Below, in pieces: positions 28,328 to 43,389 of a DNA stretch of 64,000 bases; position 1 is the first letter of the stretch, and each line of letters begins with the position of its first letter. Source of the DNA: Eledone cirrhosa. Taxonomy: Eukaryota. The notes below the pieces were generated by a model that did not search any database, had not been told where the DNA came from, and worked only from the letters and a program-made list of their open reading frames with translations. The DNA is taken from contig OZ024757.1 in the NCBI GenBank assembly GCA_964016885.1, positions 26,226,001-26,290,000 of the forward strand, given 5' to 3'. A program made the position numbers and the translations under genes.

Positions 28328-28424
28328 ATATATGTATGTAAAAGGTAAACAGAAATAACAACACAATCGGTACAGTATATGGAAGGGATATATTAGGTTA
28401 ACGCTTGATATAGCAGGAAGAGGG

Positions 28425-28460
28425 TCTTAACGTTTCGGACGCTAGTCCTTCATCAGAAGA
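28425..28460 (-). ncRNA. Minimal hammerhead ribozyme motif
   Basis: tctt CTGATGA a ggac tagc gtcc GAAA cg TT aaga; family copies at 10826-10861, 30809-30844 and, degraded, ~25190-25225. Confidence 0.7.
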
Positions 28461-28583
28461 AAGAATGGGAAATAAAATAGATTGAGGGGACGGGCGGGTT
28501 GGAATTGGAAAAAATGTCTTTAGAGAAAAATAACAGGTCCATTCATGTTGACTATATATTTATATATATATATATATATATTC

Positions 28584-28619
<36 letters not shown>

Positions 28620-28620
<1 letters not shown>

Positions 28621-28912
28621 AAGGCGGGTAAAATTCCCGAGATCCATGGACGAGTTCTCTCCAGCGGTCTCTGCCCCTCATTATCGCTGCCATGTCCTGC
28701 GTCTCCAACAGACCAGTGTCTGTCCTTAGGGCATCAACATACGTTAACCTTGGTCTTCCTCTTCTAGTGTGTCCATGTAGGGGCTCCCAAAAGAACATTA
28801 ATCAGTATACACTGAGGATGAAAAACTCAGAGCTGTATGGGAGCATCCCAAAAGTCAGCTCAAAAGTGACACAGAGGAGACTGAGGTTAGCTGGACATGC
28901 TCACCGACATCC
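28620..28912. mobile_element. 5'-inverted RTE-like LINE fragment
   Basis: Minus 28790-28630 reads WEPLHGHTRRRPRLTYVDALRTDTG..DRWRELV; plus 28820-28912 reads LYGSIPKVSSKVTQRRLRLAGHAHRHP. Confidence 0.7.
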
Positions 28913-29376
28913 ATATATATATATATATAAGTATATATATATACTTATATATATATGTGTGTGTGTGTGTGTATATATATATATAACAATAATATTAATA
29001 AATTTTTCAAATACTGTGGTATTTAAAGCATTTAAAACGTGTGTGTGTGTCTCTTGTAATAAAATATTGGTCAACCAAAGGCTATAGTAGGAGACACTTG
29101 ACCAAGTGGCCACATAGTAGAATTGAAACTGAAACTATGTGGTTGAGAAACAAACCCCTTAAGCACGCAGTCATGCCCCTACCTATTACATTGATGAAAT
29201 TTAAAATTAAAATAAACAAGCAAATCTTTTTTCTCTTTTAAATAATTCATAATTGTAGCAATGTCATTACATTTATGTATATATATATATGTGTGTATGT
29301 ATATATGTATGTATATATATATATATATACATATATATGTATATATATATATATATGTACACACACATATATATAT

Positions 29377-29410
<34 letters not shown>

Positions 29411-29580
29411 ACATATATATATGATTTTTTTAAAATTGAGTTTGAATTATTTTCCCACATCTTACGTTAATTATTTTTCCATTTTGACGTTATATATTAT
29501 GAAATACTGTTGGCTTCATGCTCACAATAATTTATATACTTTCATTTATATGTATATATATATATATATATGTATGTGTG

Positions 29581-29625
<45 letters not shown>

Positions 29626-29848
29626 TCATCATTTCATTTTACATCCCCTTCTTCCCTGCTTGCAAGGGTATATTTATATATATGTATATGTATATATTTA
29701 TATATATATATGTGTATATATATATATGTATATATTTATATATATATATGTGTATATATATATATGTATATATTTATATATATATGTATATATTTATATA
29801 TATATGTATATATTTATATATATATGTATATATTTATATATATATGTA

Positions 29849-29975
<127 letters not shown>

Positions 29976-30587
29976 AAATATATATATATCTAATATCTAT
30001 GACATTATCTTGATTGATTTTATATATTATCAACTTGAAATTTGAAGGCATGATGAAAAACTTTCTGAGCTTACATTTAGCCTACTACAACAATTATAAT
30101 TCAAAAAAATTATAATTTTTTTAAAAAATTTCATCAGGATAATTGTAATATGCACCTTTGGAGAACATATCTCTCTAAAAATGTTATCAAAAAAGAAAAG
30201 GAAATAATGCATTATTTAGAAATTTATGAGAAAACAATACCAAATGTGAGTAGAAGAAGGAGGCGTTGAATTGTATGATAGGGGAATATGGTGGTGGTAA
30301 AATAAAGCCCTTGGGAAAACAAAATAGGAAAAGAAGGATAATGGGATACTAGAATAGGGTATTTAGAGAATTATAGGGAAAGAAATTAGTAGGGTAAAAA
30401 CATATTATGTAAAGGGCAGTTGTGTGGTTAAGGAATTTATATAAATATGTATGTGTGTGTGTGTGTTTTACTATATTATTTTTGGTAATATTATAACAAC
30501 ATGACCCTCCCACAATATAACAATATCTGTTTCTGTTTCAACAGACTATTTCATATCAAAAACCTTGCAAAACAAATACATCTACAT

Positions 30588-30633
<46 letters not shown>

Positions 30634-30808
30634 TAGTTCCACAGCAGTTAATTCACCATACCGAGAACAAATGTTTCACCTTATGCGGATCATCAGCTTC
30701 GTCTGAGTGAAGTGTGTTTATGTAAAAGCTAAACAGAAATAACAAAGCAACCAACACAGTACATTGAAGAAATATATTAGTTTAATGCTTGAAATAGCAG
30801 GAAAAGAG

Positions 30809-30844
30809 TCTTAATGTTTCAGATACTAGTCCTTCGTCAGAAGA
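30809..30844 (-). ncRNA. Minimal hammerhead motif (slightly degenerate)
   Basis: tctt CTGACGA aggac tagt atct GAAA ca TT aaga. Confidence 0.55.
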
Positions 30845-30968
30845 TAGAATTAGAAATAAAAGATGAAATAGAAAGATAAAGAGAAAGAAGAGGAAAAAAT
30901 GAAAAGAAAAGGGGTAAGCAACACGCATGCATATTCAGTCACCCATTTTGTATATCTATCTATCTGTG

Positions 30969-31430
30969 TGATAGCTATGGCAAAAGAGGTTGTATAGTGG
31001 ACAAGATTGAAAGGGCTGAGGTCAGACACCTTTCTCTCCGGCCAACAACTGATTCTTTTTTTCAAATACCATTTTGGAAGAAGAATCAGGATGGAGAGAG
31101 AGGTGCTGTACCCCAGCAAGTTTTATGAAAGGTGGGTGAAAGTGGCGAGAATGGCCCGAGTGAATGGGCCTTCTTTCTATATCAGCCTGTAGGTTGAGGA
31201 AAAGGAGGAGGAGAGGAAAGGGGTACAAACTCTTCGTACTCCTGGAGATGAGAGTTGCACATTTTTTGGGGGGTATGTGCTACCCATATGTAATGTCTCC
31301 CCCTATTGGGGAAAATTGACTAATTTTTAAATTGCATTTGTGATAATATTTTACACGTTTTTATTGTATGTAAACTTCCCCCGTTGTATTTGTCCCGTTC
31401 TTTTGTGCCCCTGTGGCTAATAAAGAAACA
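30969..31430 (+). mobile_element. Tx1/L1-like non-LTR 3' end
   Basis: ORF end FFKYHFGRRIRMEREVLYPSKFYERWVKVARMARVNG; 3' end ggctaataaagaaa joined to a microsatellite. Confidence 0.6.
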
Positions 31431-31568
<138 letters not shown>

Positions 31569-32021
31569 CTATAATAAAACGCTTGGTCATATGACAACCA
31601 CTTTGTGCTGGATTTTTTTAGGGGGAAATAATTATAATTTGATATTCTCCCTTCCTCTCTGTCATACATATAACTATCTACCTTTGGACAATAAAATCAA
31701 CACCTGTTTATCTATCTCCTTGTTTGTCTAGATACCTGTCTCTCTCTCTGTCTGTCTTTGTATCTGACTGCCTATTTATCTGTCTGCCTAATTTACTTTC
31801 TGTCTATGTATCCATCTATTTATACACTCACTATGTATATTTACCAATATATCTATCTTTGAACAAGAATAACAATGACATCAACATCAAAGTACAAATC
31901 CCAATAACAGTCTGAAGATAGACAGATAGATAGATAATTCAATTGATAGATAGATAGAATGATAGATGGCTAGATAGATAGATAGATAGTTAGATACATA
32001 GATAGTTAGATGGATAGATAG

Positions 32022-32640
32022 ATTTCTTTATTAGCCACAAGGGCGCAACAAGAAAGGGGACAATACAAAGACATGCCGGGGATTTTACATACAGTCGTGT
32101 AAAAAATATAAAAACAAACAATTTCAACAATCGAAATCCCCAATAGGGGGGAGGCGCCACAAATGGGTTGTTTAATACCCCGTCGATAGAACAACCCTCA
32201 ACTCAAGGAGCGTGTTGTGCAAGTGCTCCTTTCTTCCTTTTGCTCTCTTCCTCAACCTACAGGCTTATAAACAGAGAAGGCCCAATCACTCGGGCCATTT
32301 TCGCTTCATTCACCCACCTTTCAGTAAATTTACTGGGGTGCAGTGCCTCTCTCTCCACCCTGATTCTCCTTCTAAAGTGATACTTAAAGAAGGGAATCAA
32401 TTGTTGGATGGATAGATAGATAGATAGATAGTTAGATACATAGATAGTTAGATGGACAGATAGATAGATAGATATCTTTCTTTATTTTCCACAAGGGCGC
32501 ACAAGAAAAAGGGACAATACAAAGACACATGCCGGGGATTTATTAAAACAAACAAATTTAACAATCGAAATCCCCAATAGGGAGGTGGCGTTACAAATGG
32601 GTTGTTTAATACCCCATCGATAGAACAAACCTCAACTCCA
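32022..32640 (-). mobile_element. Two Tx1-like 3' fragments within (TAGA)n
   Basis: Homologous to 30969-31430 on the minus strand; flanked by tagatagata. Confidence 0.6.
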
Positions 32641-32998
32641 TAGATAGTTGGATGGATAGATAAATATATAGAACAAAGGTATTGTAATTTGGTGGATATG
32701 TGTTTGATAATGATGGAAGAAAATGTGAAAGAAATTTATTCTACATGATTAAAATGTAAAATGAAATACAGCAATGGCTGGAGCAACATAAGAGAGGGGG
32801 AGAAAGGGAGAGAGGGGGATGAATAGGTAGATAGGGCTGCAGACAGATAGGTAAGATGGGTAATTAAATATATCAAAAAATTTCTAATGGCACACACGCA
32901 CATTACATAAATAATATTACTATTCAATAGCACAACTTTTCTCTCTATAGTGTATAAAAACCATGTATAGATATACAAAATATATACATATATACACA

Positions 32999-33030
<32 letters not shown>

Positions 33031-33060
33031 TTATATATATAATATATTTATATATATAAT

Positions 33061-33102
<42 letters not shown>

Positions 33103-33410
33103 ATATATTTATATATATAATATATATATATAATATATATATATATATATAATATATATATATATAATATATATATAATATATATATATATAATATATAT
33201 ATATATGTGTCTGTTTCTCCCTCTCTCTCTCCCTCCCCATCTGTACATATCACATAAACTGTTAAATTATATAGCCACCTATCATTGGACTTCATATCAA
33301 TGAATACACACTACAGTCACACAGAAGAAGGTGTTTATATATATATACACACACACACATATATATATATATATACATACATAAGTGTTAAGCTGAAAAT
33401 ACCACATTTG

Positions 33411-33444
<34 letters not shown>

Positions 33445-33598
33445 CTGCATATAGGCATATATCTCTCTTTATATTATATTTTTAACTATATTGTATCTTT
33501 TCTTTCATCTGTGAATGATATCTCTAGAACTTTCTTTGCAGAGTTATTAATTTATTCCATCAAACCCCCTCTCCCTCTCCTCCTCCCCTCTCTCTCTT

Positions 33599-33710
<112 letters not shown>

Positions 33711-34313
33711 ATATAAATATATATATATATATAAAAATATAATATATATATATATATATAAAAATATAATATATACGTATATATATATATATTATATATA
33801 TATATAATATATATATATATATATACATATATAATATATATGTATATACATATATAATATATATATATATATATATATAAAAATATAATATATATATGTA
33901 TATACATATATAATATATATATGTATATACATATATAATATATATATATATATATATAAAAATATAATATATACATATATATATATATATTATATATATA
34001 TATATACATATATAATATATATGTATATACATATATAATATATATATATACATATATAATATATATATATACATATATAATATATATATATACATATATA
34101 ATATATGTATATACATATATAATATATGTATATACATATATAATATATATGTATATACATATATAATATATATAATATATATATATATATATACATATAT
34201 ATGTATATACATATATAATATATATATATATATATACATATATATGTATATACATATATATGTATATATATACACATATATAATATATATGTATATACAT
34301 ATATAATATATAT

Positions 34314-34344
<31 letters not shown>

Positions 34345-34392
34345 GCATATATAATATATATATATATTTATACATATATAATATATATATAT

Positions 34393-34423
<31 letters not shown>

Positions 34424-34440
34424 AATTTATAATATGAATA

Positions 34441-34488
<48 letters not shown>

Positions 34489-34592
34489 AAGAGAGACAGA
34501 GAAAGAAGGAGGAGAGGGGAGAATAGTGAAGTTTCCTAGTCTCTTTATAATGTGTGAAAGGCTTTGGGTACATATATGTCCCTGAAAGTAAT

Positions 34593-34641
<49 letters not shown>

Positions 34642-34648
34642 TCTCTCC

Positions 34649-34697
<49 letters not shown>

Positions 34698-34850
34698 AAT
34701 ATATATATATATATGTGTGTGTAGAATTATTACTTTGTGTGTGTATATATATATATGTGTGTGTGTGTGTAGAATTATTACTTTGTGTGTGTATAATTAT
34801 TACTTTGTGTTTATGTATATATATGAACTAGTATATATATCAGCTAGTAT

Positions 34851-34899
<49 letters not shown>

Positions 34900-34906
34900 C
34901 TAGTAT

Positions 34907-34941
<35 letters not shown>

Positions 34942-34948
34942 CTAGTAT

Positions 34949-34985
<37 letters not shown>

Positions 34986-35151
34986 CTAGTATAGGTATAT
35001 AAATATATATATATATATATATCAGCTAGTATAGGTATATAAATATATATATATATATCAGCTAGTATAGGCATATATATATGTCTATATATATATCAGC
35101 TAGTATAGGTATATATATATATATATATATATATCAGCTAGTGTAGGTATA

Positions 35152-35193
<42 letters not shown>

Positions 35194-35203
35194 CTAGTAT
35201 AGG

Positions 35204-35239
<36 letters not shown>

Positions 35240-35516
35240 TGAGCTAGTATAGGTATATATATATATGCATATATTAAACTATGTGAATATATTTCATCAA
35301 TTTCAAGTCAAATCTTATATTCACTAATTTATTCTGCTTTTGCTGTTAGTTTTTATCTTTTAATTTTTCAATATAAATTTTATATCATTTTTGCTTTCTC
35401 ATCTACATTTTATATATCATATATATATATATCATATATATATATATACATATATATATCATATATATATATATATATCATATATATATATACATATATA
35501 TATACACACACACACT

Positions 35517-35588
<72 letters not shown>

Positions 35589-35600
35589 CATATATATATC

Positions 35601-35676
<76 letters not shown>

Positions 35677-35772
35677 CACACACATATATATATATATATA
35701 TAAATATATATATATATACATATATATATATACATACATATATATATACATATATATATATATACATACATA

Positions 35773-35806
<34 letters not shown>

Positions 35807-35864
35807 CATATATATATATACATATATATATATGTACATATATATATATATATATATACATATA

Positions 35865-35914
<50 letters not shown>

Positions 35915-36029
35915 TACGCACACACACACACACATATATATATATACCTTATTGTTAAAATGAAAAATTGAAAAATGTAAATTTTCCATTGACAACACTA
36001 TAGCTTTTGTTGTTGTTATTGTTGTGAGT

Positions 36030-38030
36030 AGTGATGGTGGTGGTGGTGGTGGTGGTAGTGGTGGTAGTGGTGGTGGTAGTGTTAGTGGTGCTGGTAGTGT
36101 TGGTAGATGTGTTTGTGGCATTTGTTGTGATGTGGTGATAGTAGCCACACTAGTGTTAGAGGTGGTGGTGGTGGTGGTGGTGGTATTAGTAGAGGTGGTT
36201 GTGGTATTATTTGTGTTATGGTGGGTGATGGTGATTGTTACAGTGGTGGTGATGATGGTTACAGTGGTGATGGTGGCGGTGATGGTTACAGTGGTGGTGG
36301 TGGTGATGGTTACAGTGGTGGCGATGATGGTTACAGTGGTGGCGGTGATGGTTACAGTGGTGGTGGTGATGGTTACAGTGGTGGTGATGATGGTTTCAGT
36401 GGTGGTGGTGATGGTTACAGTGGTGGTGGTGATGGTGATGGTTACAGTGGTGATGGTGATGGTTACAGTGGTGGTGGTGATGGTTACAGTGGTGGTGGTG
36501 ATGGTGATGGTTACAGTGGTGGTGGTGGTGGTGATGTTTACAGCGGTGGTGGTGATGGTGATGGTTACAGTGGTGATGGTGATGGTTACAGTGGTGGTGG
36601 TGATGGTGATGGTTACAGTGGTGATGGTGATGGTTACAGTGGTGGTGGCGGCGGTGGTGGTGATGTTGTTAGAGGTTGTTGTGGTATTTGTTGTTGCTGT
36701 TGTTGTAGTGGTGGTTGTAGTGGTGTTGATGTTGTTAGAGGTGGTTGTGGTACTTATTGTTGCTATTGTTGTTGTTGCCGTTGTTGTAGTGGTGTTGTTT
36801 ATGGTTATGGTTATAGTGGTGTTGATGTTAGTAGTGGTAGTGATGTTGGTAGAAGTGCTGGTAATGTTAGTAGTATTGTTGATGTTGCGAGAGGTGATTG
36901 TGGTGATGGCTGTTGTTGTGGTTGTGGTGATGGCTGTTGTTGTGGTTGTGGTGATGGCTGTTGTTGTGGTTGTGGTGATGGCTGTTGTGGTTGTAGTGGT
37001 GATGGCTGTAGTGGTTGTAGTGGTGATGGCTGTAGTGGTTGTAGTGGTGATGGCTGTAGTGGTGATGGCTGTAGTGGTTGTAGTGGTGATGGCTGTAGTG
37101 GTTGTGATGGTGATGGCTGTAGTGGTTGTAGTGGTGATGGCTGTAGTGGTGATGGCTGTAGTGGTTGTAGTGGTGATGGCTGTAGTGGTTGTAGTGGTGA
37201 TGGCTGTAGTGGTTGTAGTGGTGATGGCTGTAGTGGTTGTAGTGGTGATGGCTGTAGTGGTTGTAGTGGTGATGGCTGTAGTGGTTGTAGTGGTGATGGC
37301 TGTAGTGGTTGTAGTGGTGATGGCTGTAGTGGTTGTAGTGGTGATGGCTGTAGTGGTTGTAGTGGTGATGGCTGTAGTGGTTGTAGTGGTGATGGCTGTA
37401 GTGTTTGTAGTGGTGATGGCTGTTGTGGTTGTAGTGGTGATGGCTGTAGTGGTTGTAGTGGTGATGGCTGTAGTGGTTGTAGTGGTGATGGCTGTAGTGG
37501 TTGTAGTGGTGATGGCTGTAGTGGTTGTAGTGGTGATGGCTGTAGTGGTTGTAGTGGTGATGGCTGTAGTGGTTGTAGTGGTGATGGCTGTAGTGTTTGT
37601 AGTGGTGATGGCTGTAGTGGTTGTAGTGGTGATGGCTGTAGTGGTTGTAGTGGTGATGGCTGTAGTGGTGATGGCTGTAGTGGCTGTAGTGGTGATGGCT
37701 GTAGTGGTTGTAGTGGTGATGGCTGTAGTGGTTGTAGTGGTGATGGCTGTAGTGGTTGTAGTGGTGATGGCTGTAGTGGTGATGGCTGTAGTGGTTGTAG
37801 TGGTGATGGCTGTAGTGGTGATGGCTGTAGTGGCTGTAGTGGTGATGGCTGTAGTGGTTGTAGTGGTGATGGCTGTAGTGGTTGTAGTGGTGATGGCTGT
37901 TGTGGTGATGGCTGTAGTGGTGATGGCTGTAGTGGTTGTAGTGGTGATGGCTGTAGTGGTTGTAGTGGTGATGGCTGTAGTGGCTGTAGTGGTGATGGCT
38001 GTAGTGGTTGTAGTGGTGATGGCTGTGGTG
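36030..38030. repeat. GT-rich minisatellites, including a 21-bp gtggtgatggctgtagtggtt-type array (36900-38030)
   Basis: Direct inspection. Confidence 0.92.
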
Positions 38031-38356
38031 ATAATGTTTTGAAAAAAGCAGTGAGTAACCTTAACACCAACAGTTACAGCATCAACAGCAACAATAACAA
38101 CAGGAGCAATTACTGAATCTGATTAGGGAATCTTTAAGAGACAACAAGTGTGTCTCTATGTAGCTACTTGACCAGCTAGAAATATCAGCTAAATTTCACT
38201 CAGCTGTCAGTATGTATAGCTACGTTCTTATCATTTGGGGAATGTTACCTGTAGTAGACTGGCATCTTATCTAAGTGGAGATGTGTCTCTCATTTCAGTG
38301 TCTCTGTAAGGTGAGGCAAATAGCTACCCAATCAGTGTATAAGAGGGATAAACTGT

Positions 38357-38633
38357 AGTGTGCGGAAGAGAAGACTGCGTTGGTATGGACATGTGATGCA
38401 CATGGAGGATGACCGCTGGGTAAAAAAGTGCCAAGAAATCCCAGTAGAAGGAAGACGCAGTAGAGGAAGTCCACAAAAATCATGGGCAGAGGTGGTGAAA
38501 GCTGATCTTAGATCACTGAAACTCACGGAGGAGATGATGAGGGACCGTGACAAATGGAGAGGTGCTGTGCTGAATAGGACCCATCCCACCCTTGCAAGCA
38601 GGGAAAAGCGGACGTAAAATGATGATGATGATG
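38357..38633 (+). mobile_element. RTE-clade LINE 3' end
   Basis: RKRRLRWYGHVMHMEDDRWVKK..EGRRSRGSPQKSW..DRDKWR; (TGA)n tail. Confidence 0.85.
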
Positions 38634-39773
38634 AAGTTACATAATCATATTTATTATTATACGTGTTTCTGTGACTCCAGCATTGAACTGTTGTGTAATC
38701 GTTATAACAGTGACCTGCACCTGTGTGATGTCATCAGATGTTAACACAATTTTGTGGTTGGGTTGACATGTTGTTGGTTAACGTAACCATGTTTGCAGAA
38801 AGTCCGGACTTTCTTAGCATTGTGTACCATGGGCTACCTTTTTTTTAAGTGGTTGTACTGGTGACATGACAAAAACTACCTAGTCCACCCTGTAGGCTAG
38901 TAGTGCCAATGACATGATAAAAGGCACACAGCCCATTCTGTAAGGTGTTTGTGCTGGTGACACAACAAAAAGCACCCAGTTTACCCTGTAAAGTGGTAGT
39001 GGTGAAAACATGACAAAAAGCATCCAGTCTATTCTGTAAGGTGGTAGTACTAATACAACAAAAAGTACCCAGTCCACCTTGAAAAGTGGTTATGCTGGTG
39101 CCGTTAAAAAAGCTCCCAGTCCACACTGAAATGTGGTTGGCATTAGAAATGACATCCAAATGTAGAAAACCAAGCCAAAAATGGAATGTATGAGCAAGAT
39201 GTGTTCACCTGACCTGTCCAACCTCTTAACACGACAGCCAGTCTAATCCATGCAAGCATGAAAATATACGTTAATCCGTGATGATGATGTGATGTGAGAG
39301 AGATTTGGCTGCTATTTCTTGTAGGATGTGTGACCGTGATAAGACTGCTATACTTGCCCACGCTTATTGTTGTTGTTGTTTTTTTTAGTAGTGGGGGTGG
39401 GACTGACCAGTAACAGCAGCTGGGAGGGGTGGAGGTGTTGGAGTCCATGTTTTGTTGACATAGTGATCAATCTCTCAGGGCTGAGTCCACATGTGGTGTT
39501 GGTGATGGTGGGGTGATTGATTTAGTAGTGGTGGTGGTGGTGGAAGTGGTGTGGTGATGGTAACAGCAGTAGTGGTGGTGGTGGTGGTGATAGAGGTGGT
39601 GGGGGTAATATAGTTTGGTGTGGAAAGAATGATGAGATGGTAGTGAAGAGTAGAGAGAAAGTTAGAAGGGAGCAATGGTGAATTAGAGAAAGAGAGATTC
39701 ATAGGTAGATAGATAGGTAGATAGATATATAGATAGGTAGGAGAGATAGATAGATGGATTGATAGATAGATAA

Positions 39774-41035
39774 ATTTCTTTATTAGCCACAAGGGCACAA
39801 AAGAAGGGGACAAATACAAATGGGGAGTTTACATACAGGTATATGAAAATAAAACTATTAATAAAATAACAAATAACAATTGAAATCCCCAATAGGGTGG
39901 GTGGGGTGGCGGCGTTACACAGGAGTTGTACACACCCCGAAAAAATGTACAACCCTCATCCCCAGGAGCACCAAGAGTGAGTACTCCCTTCCTCTTTTCC
40001 TCTTTTTCCTCAACCTACAGGCTTATATAGAGAGAAGGCCCAACCACTCGGGCCATCTTTGCCACATTCACCCACCTTTTATAAAACTTGCTGGGGTACA
40101 GCACCTCTCTCTCCCTCCTGACTCTTCTTCCAAAATGATATTTGAAAAAACGAATCAGTTGTTCGCCGGAGAGAAAGGTGTCTAACCTCAGCCCTTTTAG
40201 ATAGATAGATGGAGTGATAGGTAGATAGACATAGATAGATAGGTAGATAGGTTAATATGTTGGTAGATAGATGGATAAATTGATAGGTAGATAGATGGAT
40301 GGAGAGATAGATAAATGAAGTGATAAATAGATAGATAGATAGACAGATAGATAGATGGATGGATAGATAGATAGATATCTTTCTTTATTTGCCACAGGGG
40401 CGTACACAAATGGGACATTACAAGATGTGACGGCGGGGGTTTTACATAAAAATAACTTTAACATTAATAAATAACAATAAACTATATATAATAAAATAAC
40501 AATTGAAATCCCCATTAGGGGGAGGGGGGAACGTTACTGCAGGGTTGTTTTACACCCCCGTGGATAGAACCACCCTCAACACCAGGAACACGTTTTGTAG
40601 GTGTTCCTGTCTTCCCTCTGATTATCTTCCTCAACCTACAGGTTTATATACAGAGAAGGCCCATTCACTCGGGCCATTTTCGCCACATTCAACCAGATAG
40701 ATAGATAAATAGATAGATGGAGAGATAGATATAGATGGATGGATGGATTTTCCTCGGTCTTTGCTTGACCCAGGACTGTAGCTCGGTCAGCGAGACGAGT
40801 CGTGGGAAGGCTCGCCTCGCGAACGGGGCCCAGACCGGTTGTCTGGTGAGGAATACGTGGAGGTGCCGCAGCCTGAGCGCGTGTTTGTGCACTGTCAGCC
40901 ACGGCATCCCCAGCCCTCCGTTTGAAGGGTGTTGGCAGCAGATGGATCTTCTCACCAAAGGAGCCCGTTTCCTCCAAAGGAATTGGAAGAGCGCGCGCTC
41001 CATTTTGGTGAGCGTTTTGGCTGGACAAGGCACGG
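39774..41035 (-). mobile_element. Cluster of Tx1-like fragments in (TAGA)n
   Basis: 40748-41035 reads MERALFQFLWRKRAPLVRRSICCQHPSNGGLGMP (L1/Tx1 post-RT FLW...GGLG motif); 3' ends at 39774 and 40378. Confidence 0.75.
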
Positions 41036-41879
41036 GATAGATAGATAGATAGATAGATGGAGAGATAGATATAGATGGATGGATGGATGGATGGATGGAG
41101 AGGGGTGAGAGAGGGAGGAGAGAAAGTGGAGTGAGTGATGTAAAAAAACGGTAGGAGGAATTAAAGATATACTTATGAAGAAGTGGTAGTGGGAGAAGTG
41201 TGTATAGGAGAAAGGGAGTGAGAGAGGATGGGGAGGGGAAGAACCACTACCTCTCACCTCCACCACCACTGATATATTGCTAGTGTAAACCTCTTAAACA
41301 CATAACCCCCCCCCCCATCTTCCCCATCCCTCTGTTTGTATATGTCTAAATGAATGTAGTATGTCTGTATATGTGTGTGTGTATGTATGTATTTATGTAT
41401 TTATGTATGTAGGTATGTCTGAATATGTGTGTGTGTATGTATGTCTGTATATATGTGTGGGATGTAACTATATACATGTATGAATGTGGTGAGCAGAGTG
41501 TGTGTGTATATGTATATGCGGTATGAGATGTCTGTATGTATGTGTCCATATAGCATGTAGTGTGTGTGTGTGTGTGTGTATGTGTCTGTATAGTTTGAGG
41601 TGTCTATATATGTGTGAATGTAAATGTAGTATGTGTGTGTATATATGTGTCTGTGTAGTTTGAGGTGTCTATATATGTGTGAATGTAATTGTGGTGTGTG
41701 TGTATGTTTGTGTTTGTGTTTGTGTGTGTGTATATATGTCGGTGCAGTTTGAGGTGTCTATATATGTCTATGTAAGTGTGATATGTGTGTGTGTGTGTGT
41801 CTATGCAGATATGTATAAAGATCTATGTCGTTTAGGCCATGACTATATATACTACACTAGTATATCTTGAAATGCATCA

Positions 41880-42285
41880 TTATCCAATATGGTCCTTCTA
41901 AATTTATAATGGTAGGGAGGGGTTTGGCTGCTATTTCTGGCATGTCGAGTGACTGCACAGAGGATCCCCTAATGAAGTATGCATTGTGCAGTAAAAAAAA
42001 AAATCTCCCACTGTAGCTTTTATTATCCAATATGTCCTTCATAATTTATGATGGTAGGGAAGGGTTTGGCTGCTATTTCTGGCATGTTGAGTGACTGCAC
42101 AGAGGATCCCCTAATGAAGTATGCATTGTGCAGTAAAAAAAAAAACCTCCCACTGTAGCTTTTATTATCCAATATGTCCTTCATAATTTATGATGCTAGG
42201 GAGGGGTTTGGCTGCTATTTCTGGCATGTCGGGTGACTGCACAGAGGGTCCCCTAATGAAGTTTGCATTGTGTAGTAAAAAAAAA
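41880..42285. repeat. ~143-bp tandem triplication
   Basis: ttatccaatatg recurs at 41880, 42023 and 42165 with a shared tttggctgctatttctggcatg block. Confidence 0.88.
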
Positions 42286-42489
42286 ACAATATATATCTCC
42301 CATGGTTACTTTCAAATTAATCTTAATAACTAACTTACAGCTGTGTGAAGATAGCAATCATAGGTCACTCCAATAAATTAGTGAATGACCCGGCTAATTC
42401 AATTAATAAATTCAATGTTGATAGTTAAACCATTGATATGTAAGTGGTTGAGTATGACATCTGAACGAGTATCCTCCATCTCCAACTAA

Positions 42490-42900
42490 CTTAACCTCTG
42501 CCTCTTGGTCCCTGCCAACAGGATGGAGAAGACATTGCCCCAGAGGAGGGTGAAGGAGACGCACTGGAACAGCCACTCTACCTTGTGGTGTTCACACTTG
42601 CAGGCAGCCAACTGTGCTCTGATGGCAGTGAGTAGGGATGTGGTCAGGGGGCCAAGAACACCGGAAGCTTCCACTGCTATAGGCTCTACCACAAACCTAT
42701 CAGAGAGTGGCTGATACTTGGACAGTTTGCCCTATTTGGATTGGTGGGCAGCAGAGCCTTGGCTGGTAGCCGAACGCACCAGGTTGCTACTGGAGAAGGT
42801 GTCACAGCATGTAACATCCCAGATGAGAGGCTTACCCTTGCAAAATGAATGTGAAGATTGTCATGCTGTCTCCTCAGTCCAGCCCTGCTGGCTCGAGCTA
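42490..42900 (-). mobile_element. CRE-like non-LTR retrotransposon restriction-like endonuclease fragment
   Basis: GKPLIWDVTCCDTF..GSAA..K*GKLSKY..FVVEPIAVEASGVLGP..WLFQCVSFTLLWGNVFSIL; a possible upstream piece (LPVR..GMG) at ~43220-43260. Confidence 0.75.
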
Positions 42901-42974
42901 GTATAGTAAGTACATGAAGACTGTGTCCACTCATATCTCTCGAAGACCATAACCAGGAATATTATGAATAGAGT

Positions 42975-43097
42975 CACCTATACACTTATGGAACTGAATA
43001 TTGTAGATTATGTTTGACTGAGAAATTTCAGATCATGAAACCGATAGTAATACCACTGAATAGAACAACTGCAGTTACATCTCTCTGCCATCACTGA
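42975..43097 (+). mobile_element. Penelope-like ORF C-terminal fragment
   Basis: YTYGTEYCRLCLTEKFQIMK..LNRTTAVTSLCHH matches the PLE pattern CxLCLxEK..LN.R.E..S.CRH. Confidence 0.7.
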
Positions 43098-43389
43098 AAA
43101 ACTATATCTCTTGGAGAAGTTCCTTCTGTCTGGGGAACCTGCTGGATTTGGAGAATTTCCATCTATCCAGTGAACTTGTTGGATTTTCATAGCCAAATGG
43201 GTGTAGAGGGTAGTACTTCCTCTCCCCATGCCCACACTCTAACAGGCAGATGCCAAGCCAGAATGCCTTCACCAACTGAAGAGCGGAACCAGCTAGCAAC
43301 ATGAACAGTATCTGCAAAGGTGCAAGACACCAAGTTTTACTCCTTCACTACTCACAGCCGGTGGTGTCTTACCAATATGGTGGAGAGGT

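Noticed and set aside
36024-38116. Long ORFs of 672, 632 and 419 aa (Gly/Cys/Ser-rich, structural-protein-like)
   Set aside because: Open in several frames only because the minisatellite lacks stops; no splice or other gene evidence.
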